Assembly: GCA_965199125.1 (NCBI GenBank)
Contig: OZ240683.1
Location: 553,013 to 617,012 of the forward strand
Direction of reading: 5' to 3'
DNA from: Acidocella sp.
GTDB taxonomy: Bacteria; Pseudomonadota; Alphaproteobacteria; Acetobacterales; Acetobacteraceae
Length of the DNA stretch: 64,000 nt
A program made the translations under genes and the position numbers. Of the stretch, positions 47,586-55,883 are shown in pieces. How positions within the stretch are numbered: the stretch's first letter is position 1; every line of letters starts with the position of its first letter. A model generated the notes under the pieces. The model was given only the letters and a program-made list of their open reading frames with translations, did no database searches and was not told the origin of the DNA.

Positions 47586-47752
47586 AAATTGGCCCTTCCA
47601 CTTGCCTTTTTGCGGCGATCCTTCTTGTCTTTTTTGTCCACAGGGTACTCCGCAATGCTAAGCATACCGGCCAGCGCTGCAGCTGCGGTCAGTACATTCA
47701 CGCTCGCCGTTTCATTAGAGGCGAAAGGATCGTCCTCGAGTTCATCATATTC

Positions 47753-47795
47753 CTATGTAGATTGCGCGCTATACATGGTGATGCTACATGTGCAT
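47753..47795 (+). promoter_or_regulatory. Candidate ccdAB promoter/operator
   Basis: Clustered short palindromic motifs (CTATG...CATAG, ATGTAG/CTACAT) with TTGCGC-N17-TACATG. Confidence 0.35.
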
Positions 47796-47837
47796 AGAAA
47801 ATGGATTAGGAGCCGTTTTGTGCGACATAGAAACACA

Positions 47838-48068
47838 TTGGCAAGTGAACTTCGCCGGCCGACGAACGTGACCCTGGCAAGCTCATTGCTGGCGCAGGCA
47901 CGCGCACTTAAAATCAATGTTTCACAAGCCTGCGAAGCGGGGCTGGCGGCCGAGGTGAAAGCCGTGAGGGCCATCAAATGGCTGGAAGAAAACCGCGTGG
48001 CGATGGATGAATACAATGAGCGTATTGAGCGCGAAGGGATGCTTCTGGCCGATCTCAGGCTCTTCTGA
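47838..48068 (+). CDS. ccdA: CcdA-family type II antitoxin
   Basis: RRPTNVTL...LLAQARALKINVSQACE.GL...WLEENR.AMDEYN..IE..G.LL..LRLF; TTG start; stop abuts the toxin ATG. Confidence 0.88.
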   Translation: MASELRRPTNVTLASSLLAQARALKINVSQACEAGLAAEVKAVRAIKWLEENRVAMDEYNERIEREGMLLADLRLF

Positions 48069-48373
48069 TGGCGCGTTTCGAGGTTTATCGGATCGCAGGC
48101 ATCAATGAGCGTCATCTTCTGGATGTCCAGTCACATTTCCTCTCATACCTCGAAAGTCGCGTCGTCGTCCCGCTCTTGCCGCAAGCCAAGGTCAAGAACC
48201 TGGTTTCGGAACTTAATCCGGCGGTGAATGTGCTTGATCAGCGTTTTGTCGTAATCGCCCAGGAACTGACCGCTGTGCCTGCGCGGCAACTGACCAAGCC
48301 TGTCTGCCTCCTGGCGAGAGAGTACTGGGACGAAATCACCCGTGCGCTCGACATCTTGCTGACCGGCTTTTGA
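48068..48373 (+). CDS. ccdB: CcdB-family toxin
   Basis: MARFEVY, LLDVQS..L..L.SRVVVPL, LNP, I.RALDILLTGF C-terminus. Confidence 0.9.
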   Translation: MARFEVYRIAGINERHLLDVQSHFLSYLESRVVVPLLPQAKVKNLVSELNPAVNVLDQRFVVIAQELTAVPARQLTKPVCLLAREYWDEITRALDILLTGF

Positions 48374-48437
48374 GGAATTGCCATTCAATGCCGATTCCGA
48401 CTAAGCCCATGCCTCGCAACCTCTACAGGAGACTTCC

Positions 48438-48977
48438 ATAGCCAGACCGCCAGCGCCGCCCACGCCCCCCTCACGCGAAGGGCCAAGGGTCAACGACGAA
48501 ATAAGAATACCGCAGGTCCGCTTAATCGATCAGAACGGCGAAATGCAGGGGGTGATGAGCACCCGGGACGCGATCGCCCGCGCCTTCGCCGCCGGTCTCG
48601 ATCTGGTCGAGATCAGCCCCAACGCCGAACCGCCGGTCACCAAAATTCTCGATTATGGCAAGTTCAAATACGAACAGCAGAAAAAAAAGAACGAGGCGCG
48701 CAAGAAGCAGAAGGTCGTTGAAATCAAGGAAGTTAAAGTCCGCCCGAACATCGATGAGAATGACTACCAGGTGAAGCTGCGCGCGATGAAAAGCTTCATT
48801 GGCGAAGGCGACAAAGTGAAAGTTACCTTACGCTTTCGCGGCCGCGAAATGGCGCATCAAGAGCTGGGCGTGAAAGTGCTGGAGCGCATCCGCGCCGACA
48901 TGGATATCGACACCAAAGTTGAACAGATGCCGAAGATGGAAAACCGGCAGATGGTGATGGTGCTGACGCCGCGCTGA
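48438..48977 (+). CDS. infC: Translation initiation factor IF-3, ATA start
   Basis: AGGAGA RBS 5 nt before ATA; [44 protein letters not shown]. Confidence 0.95.
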   Translation: MARPPAPPTPPSREGPRVNDEIRIPQVRLIDQNGEMQGVMSTRDAIARAFAAGLDLVEISPNAEPPVTKILDYGKFKYEQQKKKNEARKKQKVVEIKEVKVRPNIDENDYQVKLRAMKSFIGEGDKVKVTLRFRGREMAHQELGVKVLERIRADMDIDTKVEQMPKMENRQMVMVLTPR

Positions 48978-49022
48978 CGCTTCTTAGTCTAACGGACTTA
49001 AACGACGACGACTCAGTGGCAG

Positions 49023-49062
49023 TAATCCCGTCAAGCTGGCCTTTGCCGCTATGACGAGATTA
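49023..49062. terminator. Long hairpin between convergent infC and DUF4167; terminator or degenerate CGTC-REP
   Basis: TAATCCCGTCA-AGC-T-GGC-CTTT-GCC-GCT-A-TGACGAGATTA. Confidence 0.5.
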
Positions 49063-49086
49063 GCGGATTAAAGTCCCCGGCTCATA

Positions 49087-50067
49087 TCATTCGGAAACCA
49101 CCGGCTTGTTAAGCCGCGGCCGGCCGCGCGGTCGCGGCCGAGGGGCCAGATCCACGGCTGCGGCCTCCGCGGCACCGGCGTCTTCCTGCGGCGCCGCGGC
49201 GGCGATCGGGATCGTAATCGGTTGCGGCGCAGCGGCGCCCAGCGCGGGAGCGCCCGGTGTGGAAGCGCCCGGCGCGACCGCCGGTAATGGGGCAGCATGC
49301 GTCGGCGCGGGCTCCGGCCGATCGTTCGACACAGCCGGCGCCACCGCCGCTTCCAGTTCCGCTTCCAGCGCCGAGCTGATATCGATGCGGCGGTCTACGC
49401 GATGTTCCGGCCGCGCCTCCGGCTTCTGCTCGAACCGTTGCTCTGGCCGTTGCTCCGGCCGCGGCTCGGGCGCCACGTCCCGCGGCCGCTCGATCCGCCG
49501 GTCCTGATACTCCTGGCGCGGGACGTTCTGCCGCGGCTCGTAGCCGCGGGTCTCAATGGCGTCCTGCGGCTCCTGAAGGTAGCCATTGCCGTTGCCGTTA
49601 TGCTGCTGTGGCGGCCGGCGATACTCATTCTGCGGCGCGCCATAGCCGTTTTGCTGGCCCTGCTGCGGCGCCTGCCCATTCGGATTTTGGCCGCCCTGAT
49701 TATAGCCCTGCGGTGCATTCTGGATCTGGCCGTTCGGCGCCTGTCCATTCTGCGGCTGGCCGTTCTGAGTCTGCGCCTGATTGATGGCGTTGATGATGCG
49801 GAAATAATGCTCGGCGTGCTGATAATACGCCTCGCCTGTCACGCGGTCGCCGCTAGAGGATGCATCGCGCGCCATTTGTATATATTTTTCATGGAGTTGC
49901 TGTGCGGTGCCCCGCACCCGCATTTCCGGCCCGCTGCTGTCGAAAACGTGGTTTCGGTTGAGCGGTATGCCGTTCTGCTGGTTTCTGAAGCCGCCGCCGG
50001 TTCCGCCACCACCGCCGCCACCACCGTTCGGGCGATGGTTGCGGCCACGCATGCGCTTGATATTCAT
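49087..50067 (-). CDS. DUF4167 domain protein
   Basis: RNHVFDSSGPE.RVRGTAQQL.EKY..MARDA.SSGDRV..E.YYQHAEHYFR, then a Q/N/P-rich disordered tail; downstream of prmC. Confidence 0.9.
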   Translation of the reverse strand: MNIKRMRGRNHRPNGGGGGGGGTGGGFRNQQNGIPLNRNHVFDSSGPEMRVRGTAQQLHEKYIQMARDASSSGDRVTGEAYYQHAEHYFRIINAINQAQTQNGQPQNGQAPNGQIQNAPQGYNQGGQNPNGQAPQQGQQNGYGAPQNEYRRPPQQHNGNGNGYLQEPQDAIETRGYEPRQNVPRQEYQDRRIERPRDVAPEPRPEQRPEQRFEQKPEARPEHRVDRRIDISSALEAELEAAVAPAVSNDRPEPAPTHAAPLPAVAPGASTPGAPALGAAAPQPITIPIAAAAPQEDAGAAEAAAVDLAPRPRPRGRPRLNKPVVSE

Positions 50068-50217
50068 ATGCTTTTATTCATCCTCGTTCGATATGGCGCG
50101 GGCCAGGCGATGAGTCCGCCACAGCCAAGGCGTTTAAAATGACCCGGATCAGGGCCAAAACGCCGCGCGCGCAGTGTCCTTAGCCGTTACCGCGCCGTCT
50201 GCCAAATGTTTATTTGG

Positions 50218-51051
50218 TCAAGGTCCGGTGGACCGGCGCAAGACCAGCGCCCGATCATGCCCGGCCAGGTCCGCATGCGACGACGTGGCAAATTCCGCCG
50301 CCGCCATCCGCACCACAAGGTCGGCCTGTCCTGAGCCAAGTTCAAGCACGGCAACCCCATCATGCGCGAGCAGCCCCGGCAGGGCTGCCAAGATGCGGCG
50401 ATACGCGTGCAGACCGTCCGCGCCGCCATCCAGCGCCAGGCCTGGCTCGAATTGCGCAACCTCCGGCATCAGCGCTTGCACCTCACCGGCCGGGATATAG
50501 GGCGGGTTGCTGAGGATGAGGTCGAACGTCCCCGTCAGCGCCGCGGCCCAGTCCCCAACGAAAAACGCGGCACGGCCGGCCAGCCCCAGCGCGCCGGCGT
50601 TGCGCGCCGCCAGCGCCGCCGCCGCCGGCGCCAGATCCACGCCGACGCCGAACGCTTGCGGAAACTCGGTCAGCGCCGCCAGCAGCAGGCAGCCCGTGCC
50701 GGTGCCGAGATCCAGTATCCGCCGCACCGCCCGGCTGTCCTGGCGTGCCGCGATCGCCGCCTCGATCAATGTCTCGCTGTCCGGCCGCGGGATCAGGCTC
50801 GCCGGCGTCGTGAAAAAGCTCAGGCCCCAGAACTCCCGCCGGCCCAGGATATAAGCCATCGGCTCGCGCGCCAGCCGCCGCGCCAGCAGCGGCTCGAACA
50901 CGGCCAGATCGATGTCACCCCACCCCAGCAGCCCGGCCGCCTCCGTGCCCAGCGCCGCAGCCAGCAAAATCCGCGCCTCCCGCCGCGGCGCCTCCACCCC
51001 CGCCGCCGCCAGCCGCGCCGCCGCCTGCGTCACCGCCTCGGCCGGCGTCAC
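50218..51051 (-). CDS. prmC: Release factor glutamine methyltransferase
   Basis: REPMAYILG.REFW, LIPRPDSETL, LDLGTGTGC, SNPPYI, ALDGGADGL. Confidence 0.96.
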   Translation of the reverse strand: MTPAEAVTQAAARLAAAGVEAPRREARILLAAALGTEAAGLLGWGDIDLAVFEPLLARRLAREPMAYILGRREFWGLSFFTTPASLIPRPDSETLIEAAIAARQDSRAVRRILDLGTGTGCLLLAALTEFPQAFGVGVDLAPAAAALAARNAGALGLAGRAAFFVGDWAAALTGTFDLILSNPPYIPAGEVQALMPEVAQFEPGLALDGGADGLHAYRRILAALPGLLAHDGVAVLELGSGQADLVVRMAAAEFATSSHADLAGHDRALVLRRSTGP

Positions 51052-51073
51052 GCCAAATATCTTTTAGAGAGGC

Positions 51074-52129
51074 TCACGCCTCGGCCGCGAGCCGCGACGC
51101 CTGATCCTCTGCGGTCAGCGCGTCGACGATCTCATCCATCTCGCCCAGCATCACCCGGTCGATCTTATGCAGCGTCAGATTGATCCGATGGTCCGTCACC
51201 CGCCCTTGCGGAAAATTATAGGTGCGAATGCGCTCCGAACGGTCGCCGGTCCCGACCTGGCTTTTCCGGTCAGCCGCCCGTGTCGCATGCAGGCTGGAGC
51301 GTTGCTGTTCATACATCCGCGCGCGCAGAATCTTCATCGCCTTCGCACGGTTCTTGTGCTGGCTGCGCTCCTCCTGCATCGCCACTACGATGCCGGTTGG
51401 CAGATGCGTGATCCGCACCGCGCTCTCGGTCTTGTTCACATGCTGCCCGCCGGCGCCGGACGCCCGATACACGTCGATTCGCAGATCGCCCTCGTTCACC
51501 TCCACGTCCACCTCCTCCGCCTGCGGCAGCACCGCAACCGTTACGGTAGAGGTATGGATACGCCCTTGCGTCTCCGTGGCTGGGACGCGCTGCACGCGAT
51601 GCACGCCGGACTCGTATTTCAGCTTCGCAAACACGGACTTGCCGGTGATTTCGGCGATGCCCTCCTTCAACCCGCCCAGCTCACTCTCGCCATACTCCAT
51701 CACCTCGAATTTCCAGCCATGCAGCCCGGAAAATCTCTGGTACGCGCCGAACAACTCCGCCGCGAACAGCCCCGCCTCATCCCCGCCCGCCGCCGGCCGG
51801 ATTTCCAGTATTGCGGAACGATCATCCGCCTCATCCTTCGGCAGCAATGCCAGGCGCAAAGACATCTCCAGCTCCGGCAAAGCCTGCTTCAGCGTCTCCA
51901 ACTCGCTCGCCGCCAGCTCCTTCATCTCCGGATCGGCCAGCAGATGCTCAGCCTCCGCCCGCGACTTTTCCGAATCCCGCAACTGCAAAATCCGCGCCTC
52001 GATCGGCTCCAGCTCCGCCAATTCCTTCGACGCCTTCACAAACGCCTCGCCATTGAGCGCCCCCGACAACACAAACCGCAACTCCTCCGCGCGCGAGAGA
52101 ATGCGGTCCAATTTGTGCTCGAAACTCAT
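51074..52129 (-). CDS. prfA: Peptide chain release factor 1
   Basis: [19 protein letters not shown] (PAT), [31 protein letters not shown] 52129; the ORF extension is REP-derived. Confidence 0.97.
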   Translation of the reverse strand: MSFEHKLDRILSRAEELRFVLSGALNGEAFVKASKELAELEPIEARILQLRDSEKSRAEAEHLLADPEMKELAASELETLKQALPELEMSLRLALLPKDEADDRSAILEIRPAAGGDEAGLFAAELFGAYQRFSGLHGWKFEVMEYGESELGGLKEGIAEITGKSVFAKLKYESGVHRVQRVPATETQGRIHTSTVTVAVLPQAEEVDVEVNEGDLRIDVYRASGAGGQHVNKTESAVRITHLPTGIVVAMQEERSQHKNRAKAMKILRARMYEQQRSSLHATRAADRKSQVGTGDRSERIRTYNFPQGRVTDHRINLTLHKIDRVMLGEMDEIVDALTAEDQASRLAAEA

Positions 52130-52140
52130 CGCGCCCCCGC

Positions 52141-52243
52141 CGTCATTGCGAGCGAAGCGCGGCAATCCATCTTACTGAAGCAAGGGCTACGTAAAGCTAG
52201 AGCTCTGCACTGGACCCGCTGGGGCCCGGAGGCCCCAGACCCC
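52141..52243 (+). repeat. Stacked REPs: family 1 arm plus family 3
   Basis: CGTCATTGCGAGCGAAGCGCGGCAATCC (52141-52168), AAGCAAG (52178), CCGCTGGGGCCCGGAGGCCCCAGACCCC (52216-52243). Confidence 0.8.
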
Positions 52244-52249
52244 GATGTT

Positions 52250-53485
52250 TTATTCATTTTGTTTTAGACAAGCAATTAGATCACTTAGCGGAACGTCATT
52301 TTGAACGCCATCATCGAGGTTCTTAAGACCAACTGAACCGTTAATTCCCAGCTGGCCCGAAATCGCAATGACAGCCCATCTTGCACCAACTCGGTTGGCG
52401 TACTTCAAGCCATTCTTCAAACTGTTGCCGAACGCCAATTCTGTCTTAACGTTTTGCTTTCGTAGGAACGCGGCGACTTCAGGCGCCTTATCATCGCCAA
52501 TCACGATCACCGGACGAGGTGAGGCCGGAACCGTTTTGAGAAGCATGGCCAGACGTTCGATGCCGGCTGCCCAACCAACACCTGCCACACTCGGCCCTCC
52601 CAGCATTTGCACCAGCCCGTTGTAACGGCCGCCGCCAATCACGGTGCCTTGAGCGCCCAATTGATTTGTGACGAACTCAAAGGCTGTGTGATTATAGTAG
52701 TCGAACCCGCGCACAATATTCGAGTTTTCGTCGTAATTCACACCCATGGCGAGCAAGTGTGATTTGAGATCTAAATAAAACTTGCGCGCTTTGGGCGTGA
52801 GAAAGTTCTCGATATTCGGGGCATACTCAACTAACGCCCGATCGCCTTCATCCTTCGAGTCGAGAATACGAAGCGGATTTCTTTCGAGGCGAATTTTGCT
52901 GTCAGCCGATAGCTGCGAAGCGTGCGCAGAGAAGTATGCGATCAACCCGGTTCGGTAATTGGCCCGGGACTCAACGTCACCTAAAGTATTAATTTGCAAC
53001 ATAACATTATCGGCTATGTCGAGCTCTCGCAAAATCTGCCATCCACATGCAATCACTTCCGCGTCGGCGAGCGGGGTGTCCGGTCCTAACAATTCGATGC
53101 CAATCTGGTGAAACTGCCGGTACCGCCCTTTCTGTGGTCGTTCGTAACGAAACATTGGGCCAGCATAAAAGACTTTTTGTGGCAGTGTCTGGGTGAGGCC
53201 CGCAGTGATCAACGCGCGGCAGACGCCCGCTGTTCCTTCCGGCCGCAACGTTATGGAGTCGCCGCCGCGATCTTCAAACGTATACATTTCTTTCGTAACG
53301 ACATCGGAGGTTTCGCCAAGCGGCCGCAAAAATAATGCAGTGTCCTCAAAAATCGGCGTCTGCCACTCTGCAAACCCATACAACGCCGTAACCCGCCGCG
53401 CGGTCTCCACCACATGCGCATGCCGTGCCGCGTCGTCGCCAAGTATATCCCGCGTGCCGCGAACAGGTTGCAGAGGATTCGCCAT
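52250..53485 (-). CDS. hisS: Histidine--tRNA ligase
   Basis: [56 protein letters not shown]. Confidence 0.96.
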   Translation of the reverse strand: MANPLQPVRGTRDILGDDAARHAHVVETARRVTALYGFAEWQTPIFEDTALFLRPLGETSDVVTKEMYTFEDRGGDSITLRPEGTAGVCRALITAGLTQTLPQKVFYAGPMFRYERPQKGRYRQFHQIGIELLGPDTPLADAEVIACGWQILRELDIADNVMLQINTLGDVESRANYRTGLIAYFSAHASQLSADSKIRLERNPLRILDSKDEGDRALVEYAPNIENFLTPKARKFYLDLKSHLLAMGVNYDENSNIVRGFDYYNHTAFEFVTNQLGAQGTVIGGGRYNGLVQMLGGPSVAGVGWAAGIERLAMLLKTVPASPRPVIVIGDDKAPEVAAFLRKQNVKTELAFGNSLKNGLKYANRVGARWAVIAISGQLGINGSVGLKNLDDGVQNDVPLSDLIACLKQNE

Positions 53486-53493
53486 TATCGCCT

Positions 53494-53601
53494 CGTCATG
53501 CCGGCGCAGGCCGGCATCCACGACTTCACCGACGCAACCAAGCCCATTGGCATTTTTGTGGATCGAAAAAGTCGTGGATGCCGGCCTGCGCCGGCATGAC
53601 G
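53494..53601. repeat. CGTC-tagged REP doublet, family 2
   Basis: CGTCATGCCGGCGCAGGCCGGCATCCACGACTT ... AAGTCGTGGATGCCGGCCTGCGCCGGCATGACG with perfectly complementary arms. Confidence 0.93.
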
Positions 53602-53685
53602 AATGACGCGTTCAACGAAGTCGCGAACATTTTGCAGGGGAGGGAGCATCTTCTCGATTCTTCTAGATCAAAAACTAAAAGCACC

Positions 53686-53778
53686 CGTCATTGCGAGGAG
53701 CGCAGCGACGAAGCAATCCATCTTGCTCACGGGCGAACGGCACGAAAGATGAATTGCTTCACTCCGCTCGCAGTAACG
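53686..53778. repeat. CGTC-tagged REP doublet, family 1, degenerate
   Basis: CGTCATTGCGAGGAGCGCAGCGACGAAGCAATCC ... GAATTGCTTCACTCCGCTCGCAGTAACG. Confidence 0.82.
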
Positions 53779-53788
53779 GTTGTTACCG

Positions 53789-54913
53789 CTATTCCGCCGC
53801 CAGCTTCTCCAGCACCTTTTCCGCCTCCAGCGCCGCCGCCTTCGCCTCCACCAGGTCCACGATGTGCTCCACCATATCCCCACCATCGATCGTGTGGTCG
53901 GTCTTCCCCGCGGCATAGATCATGTGCCGCCCATTGCCGCCGCCGGTCAGCCCAAGGTCCGTCATCAGCGCCTCACCCGGCCCGTTCACCACGCAACCGA
54001 TAATCGACAGCGTGATCGGCGTTTTGATATGCGCCAGCCGCTCCTCCAGCGTCTCCACCGTTTTGATCACGTTGAACCCCTGCCGCGCGCAGGACGGACA
54101 CGAAATAATCCGCACGCCTCGATGCCTTATCCCAAGAGACTTCAGCAAATCCCACCCCACCAGCACCTCTTCCTCCGGCTCCGCCGAAAGCGAGACCCGC
54201 ATGGTGTCGCCGATCCCCGCCCACAACAGCGAACCAAGCCCGATGGACGACTTCACCGTCCCCGCGCGTTTACTGCCCGCTTCGGTAATGCCGATATGCA
54301 GCGGATAATCGCACACTTCCGAAAGCTGCTGATACGCCGCCACCGCCATGAACACGTCCGACGCCTTCACGCTGATCTTGAACTCGTGGAAATCGTTGTC
54401 CTGCAAAATCTTCGCGTGCTCCAGAGCACTTTCCACCAGCGCCTCCGGGTTGGGCTCGCCGTATTTCTCCAGCAGATGCCGCTCCAGCGAGCCGGCGTTC
54501 ACGCCGATCCGCATCGCGCAATTATGGTCGCGCGCCGCTTTAATCACCTCGCGCACCCGCTCCGGGCTGCCGATATTGCCGGGGTTGATGCGCAAGCACG
54601 CCGCCCCGGCCTGCGCCGCCTCAATCCCGCGCCGGTAGTGAAAATGAATGTCCGCGACGATCGGCACGTTCACTTGGCGGATAATGTGCCGCAGCGCCGC
54701 CGTGCTTTCCTCATCCGGGCAGGACACGCGCACGATGTCCACCCCCGCCGTCTCGGCGCGCAATATCTGCGCCACCGTGCCGTCGATATCCGTGGTCAGC
54801 GTGTTGGTCATGGTCTGCACGGTAATCGGCGCGTCGCCGCCCACCTTCACCTTGCCGACACTGATCTGCCGGGTCTTGCGGCGGGTGATCTGCTGGTACT
54901 CGCGGTAATTCAT
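53789..54913 (-). CDS. ispG: 4-hydroxy-3-methylbut-2-en-1-yl diphosphate synthase (flavodoxin)
   Basis: [56 protein letters not shown]. Confidence 0.97.
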   Translation of the reverse strand: MNYREYQQITRRKTRQISVGKVKVGGDAPITVQTMTNTLTTDIDGTVAQILRAETAGVDIVRVSCPDEESTAALRHIIRQVNVPIVADIHFHYRRGIEAAQAGAACLRINPGNIGSPERVREVIKAARDHNCAMRIGVNAGSLERHLLEKYGEPNPEALVESALEHAKILQDNDFHEFKISVKASDVFMAVAAYQQLSEVCDYPLHIGITEAGSKRAGTVKSSIGLGSLLWAGIGDTMRVSLSAEPEEEVLVGWDLLKSLGIRHRGVRIISCPSCARQGFNVIKTVETLEERLAHIKTPITLSIIGCVVNGPGEALMTDLGLTGGGNGRHMIYAAGKTDHTIDGGDMVEHIVDLVEAKAAALEAEKVLEKLAAE

Positions 54914-54930
54914 AAACCGGTCCTTGGTTG

Positions 54931-55851
54931 TCAGTCGGGTTTCGGCGCGGTGGCCGGCGCCGGTGTCAGAGCATAGTTGCGTAATACGGCGCCGTCTGCC
55001 CCCAGCGGCGCGCCGGCCTTGCCGTTGGCGGCCAGTTCCGTGGCGCCGGCATTGCCGGCTGTCATCGTCAGCCCGGCCTCGTCCGGCACCGGCCAGCTTT
55101 GCCCGGCATGCAGCACCCGGCTGAACAGGATGGTGCCGGTCGGGTCCTTCACCTCGATCCAGCTATCACCGGTCGCCAGGATCACCTGGCCCTGAGCCGG
55201 GACAATGGGTGCGGAACCAGCCGCCGTGGCGGCGGGTGGCGCCGGTGTTGTCGCCGCGGTGGCCGCCGGAGGCGCCGCGGCGGTTGAGGTGCTCACGCTC
55301 GCTGTGGGAACAGCCGCTTGCTTCGCCGCCACCACAGCCGGCGCGGGTGGCGGCGTCATCGCCTTCGGCACGGCGAGCGGCGCCAGTTCCGCCGGCACCG
55401 CCGGCACCGAAGCGGCCAGCCGCCGTTCATGCTCGGTATGGCGGAACCACAGCCCGTAGCCCCCCAACACTAGCACTACGCCGACCATCACGATGGCCCC
55501 GGTCGGTACCGCCCGGTCCGGCACCGGGCTCAGAAAACTCAGCTCGGCCTTCGGCGCCACGCCCATCCCCTCCGCCCGGAAGCGGCGCAAAATCTCCTCC
55601 GGATCCAGCCCCAAGGCTTGCGAATAAGTGCGCAGGAAACCGGTCTGATACGCAGCCCCCGGCAGCGCCGAAAGCTCGCCCCGTTCGATCGCCTCCAGAT
55701 AAGGCAGGCGGATGCGCAGGCCGGCGGCCACTTCCGCCAGGCTCCAGCCCAGCCCTTCCCGCACCGTGCGCAGCTCCCCACCCAGCTTCGCGGCGCCTTT
55801 CGGCTCGCCGTCCGCCTCCATCCGCGTGGTTCCCGTCTCGCGCTGCATCAC
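54931..55851 (-). CDS. RodZ-like HTH/DUF4115 membrane protein
   Basis: HTH (LR..RE..G.SL.EVA..LRIR..YLEAIE.G...LPG..Y..GFLRTY), TM helix, DSWIEV, GNAG; upstream of ispG. Confidence 0.85.
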   Translation of the reverse strand: MMQRETGTTRMEADGEPKGAAKLGGELRTVREGLGWSLAEVAAGLRIRLPYLEAIERGELSALPGAAYQTGFLRTYSQALGLDPEEILRRFRAEGMGVAPKAELSFLSPVPDRAVPTGAIVMVGVVLVLGGYGLWFRHTEHERRLAASVPAVPAELAPLAVPKAMTPPPAPAVVAAKQAAVPTASVSTSTAAAPPAATAATTPAPPAATAAGSAPIVPAQGQVILATGDSWIEVKDPTGTILFSRVLHAGQSWPVPDEAGLTMTAGNAGATELAANGKAGAPLGADGAVLRNYALTPAPATAPKPD

Positions 55852-55883
55852 GCCGGCATTTTATACCCGCGTGGTCCGTTAAG

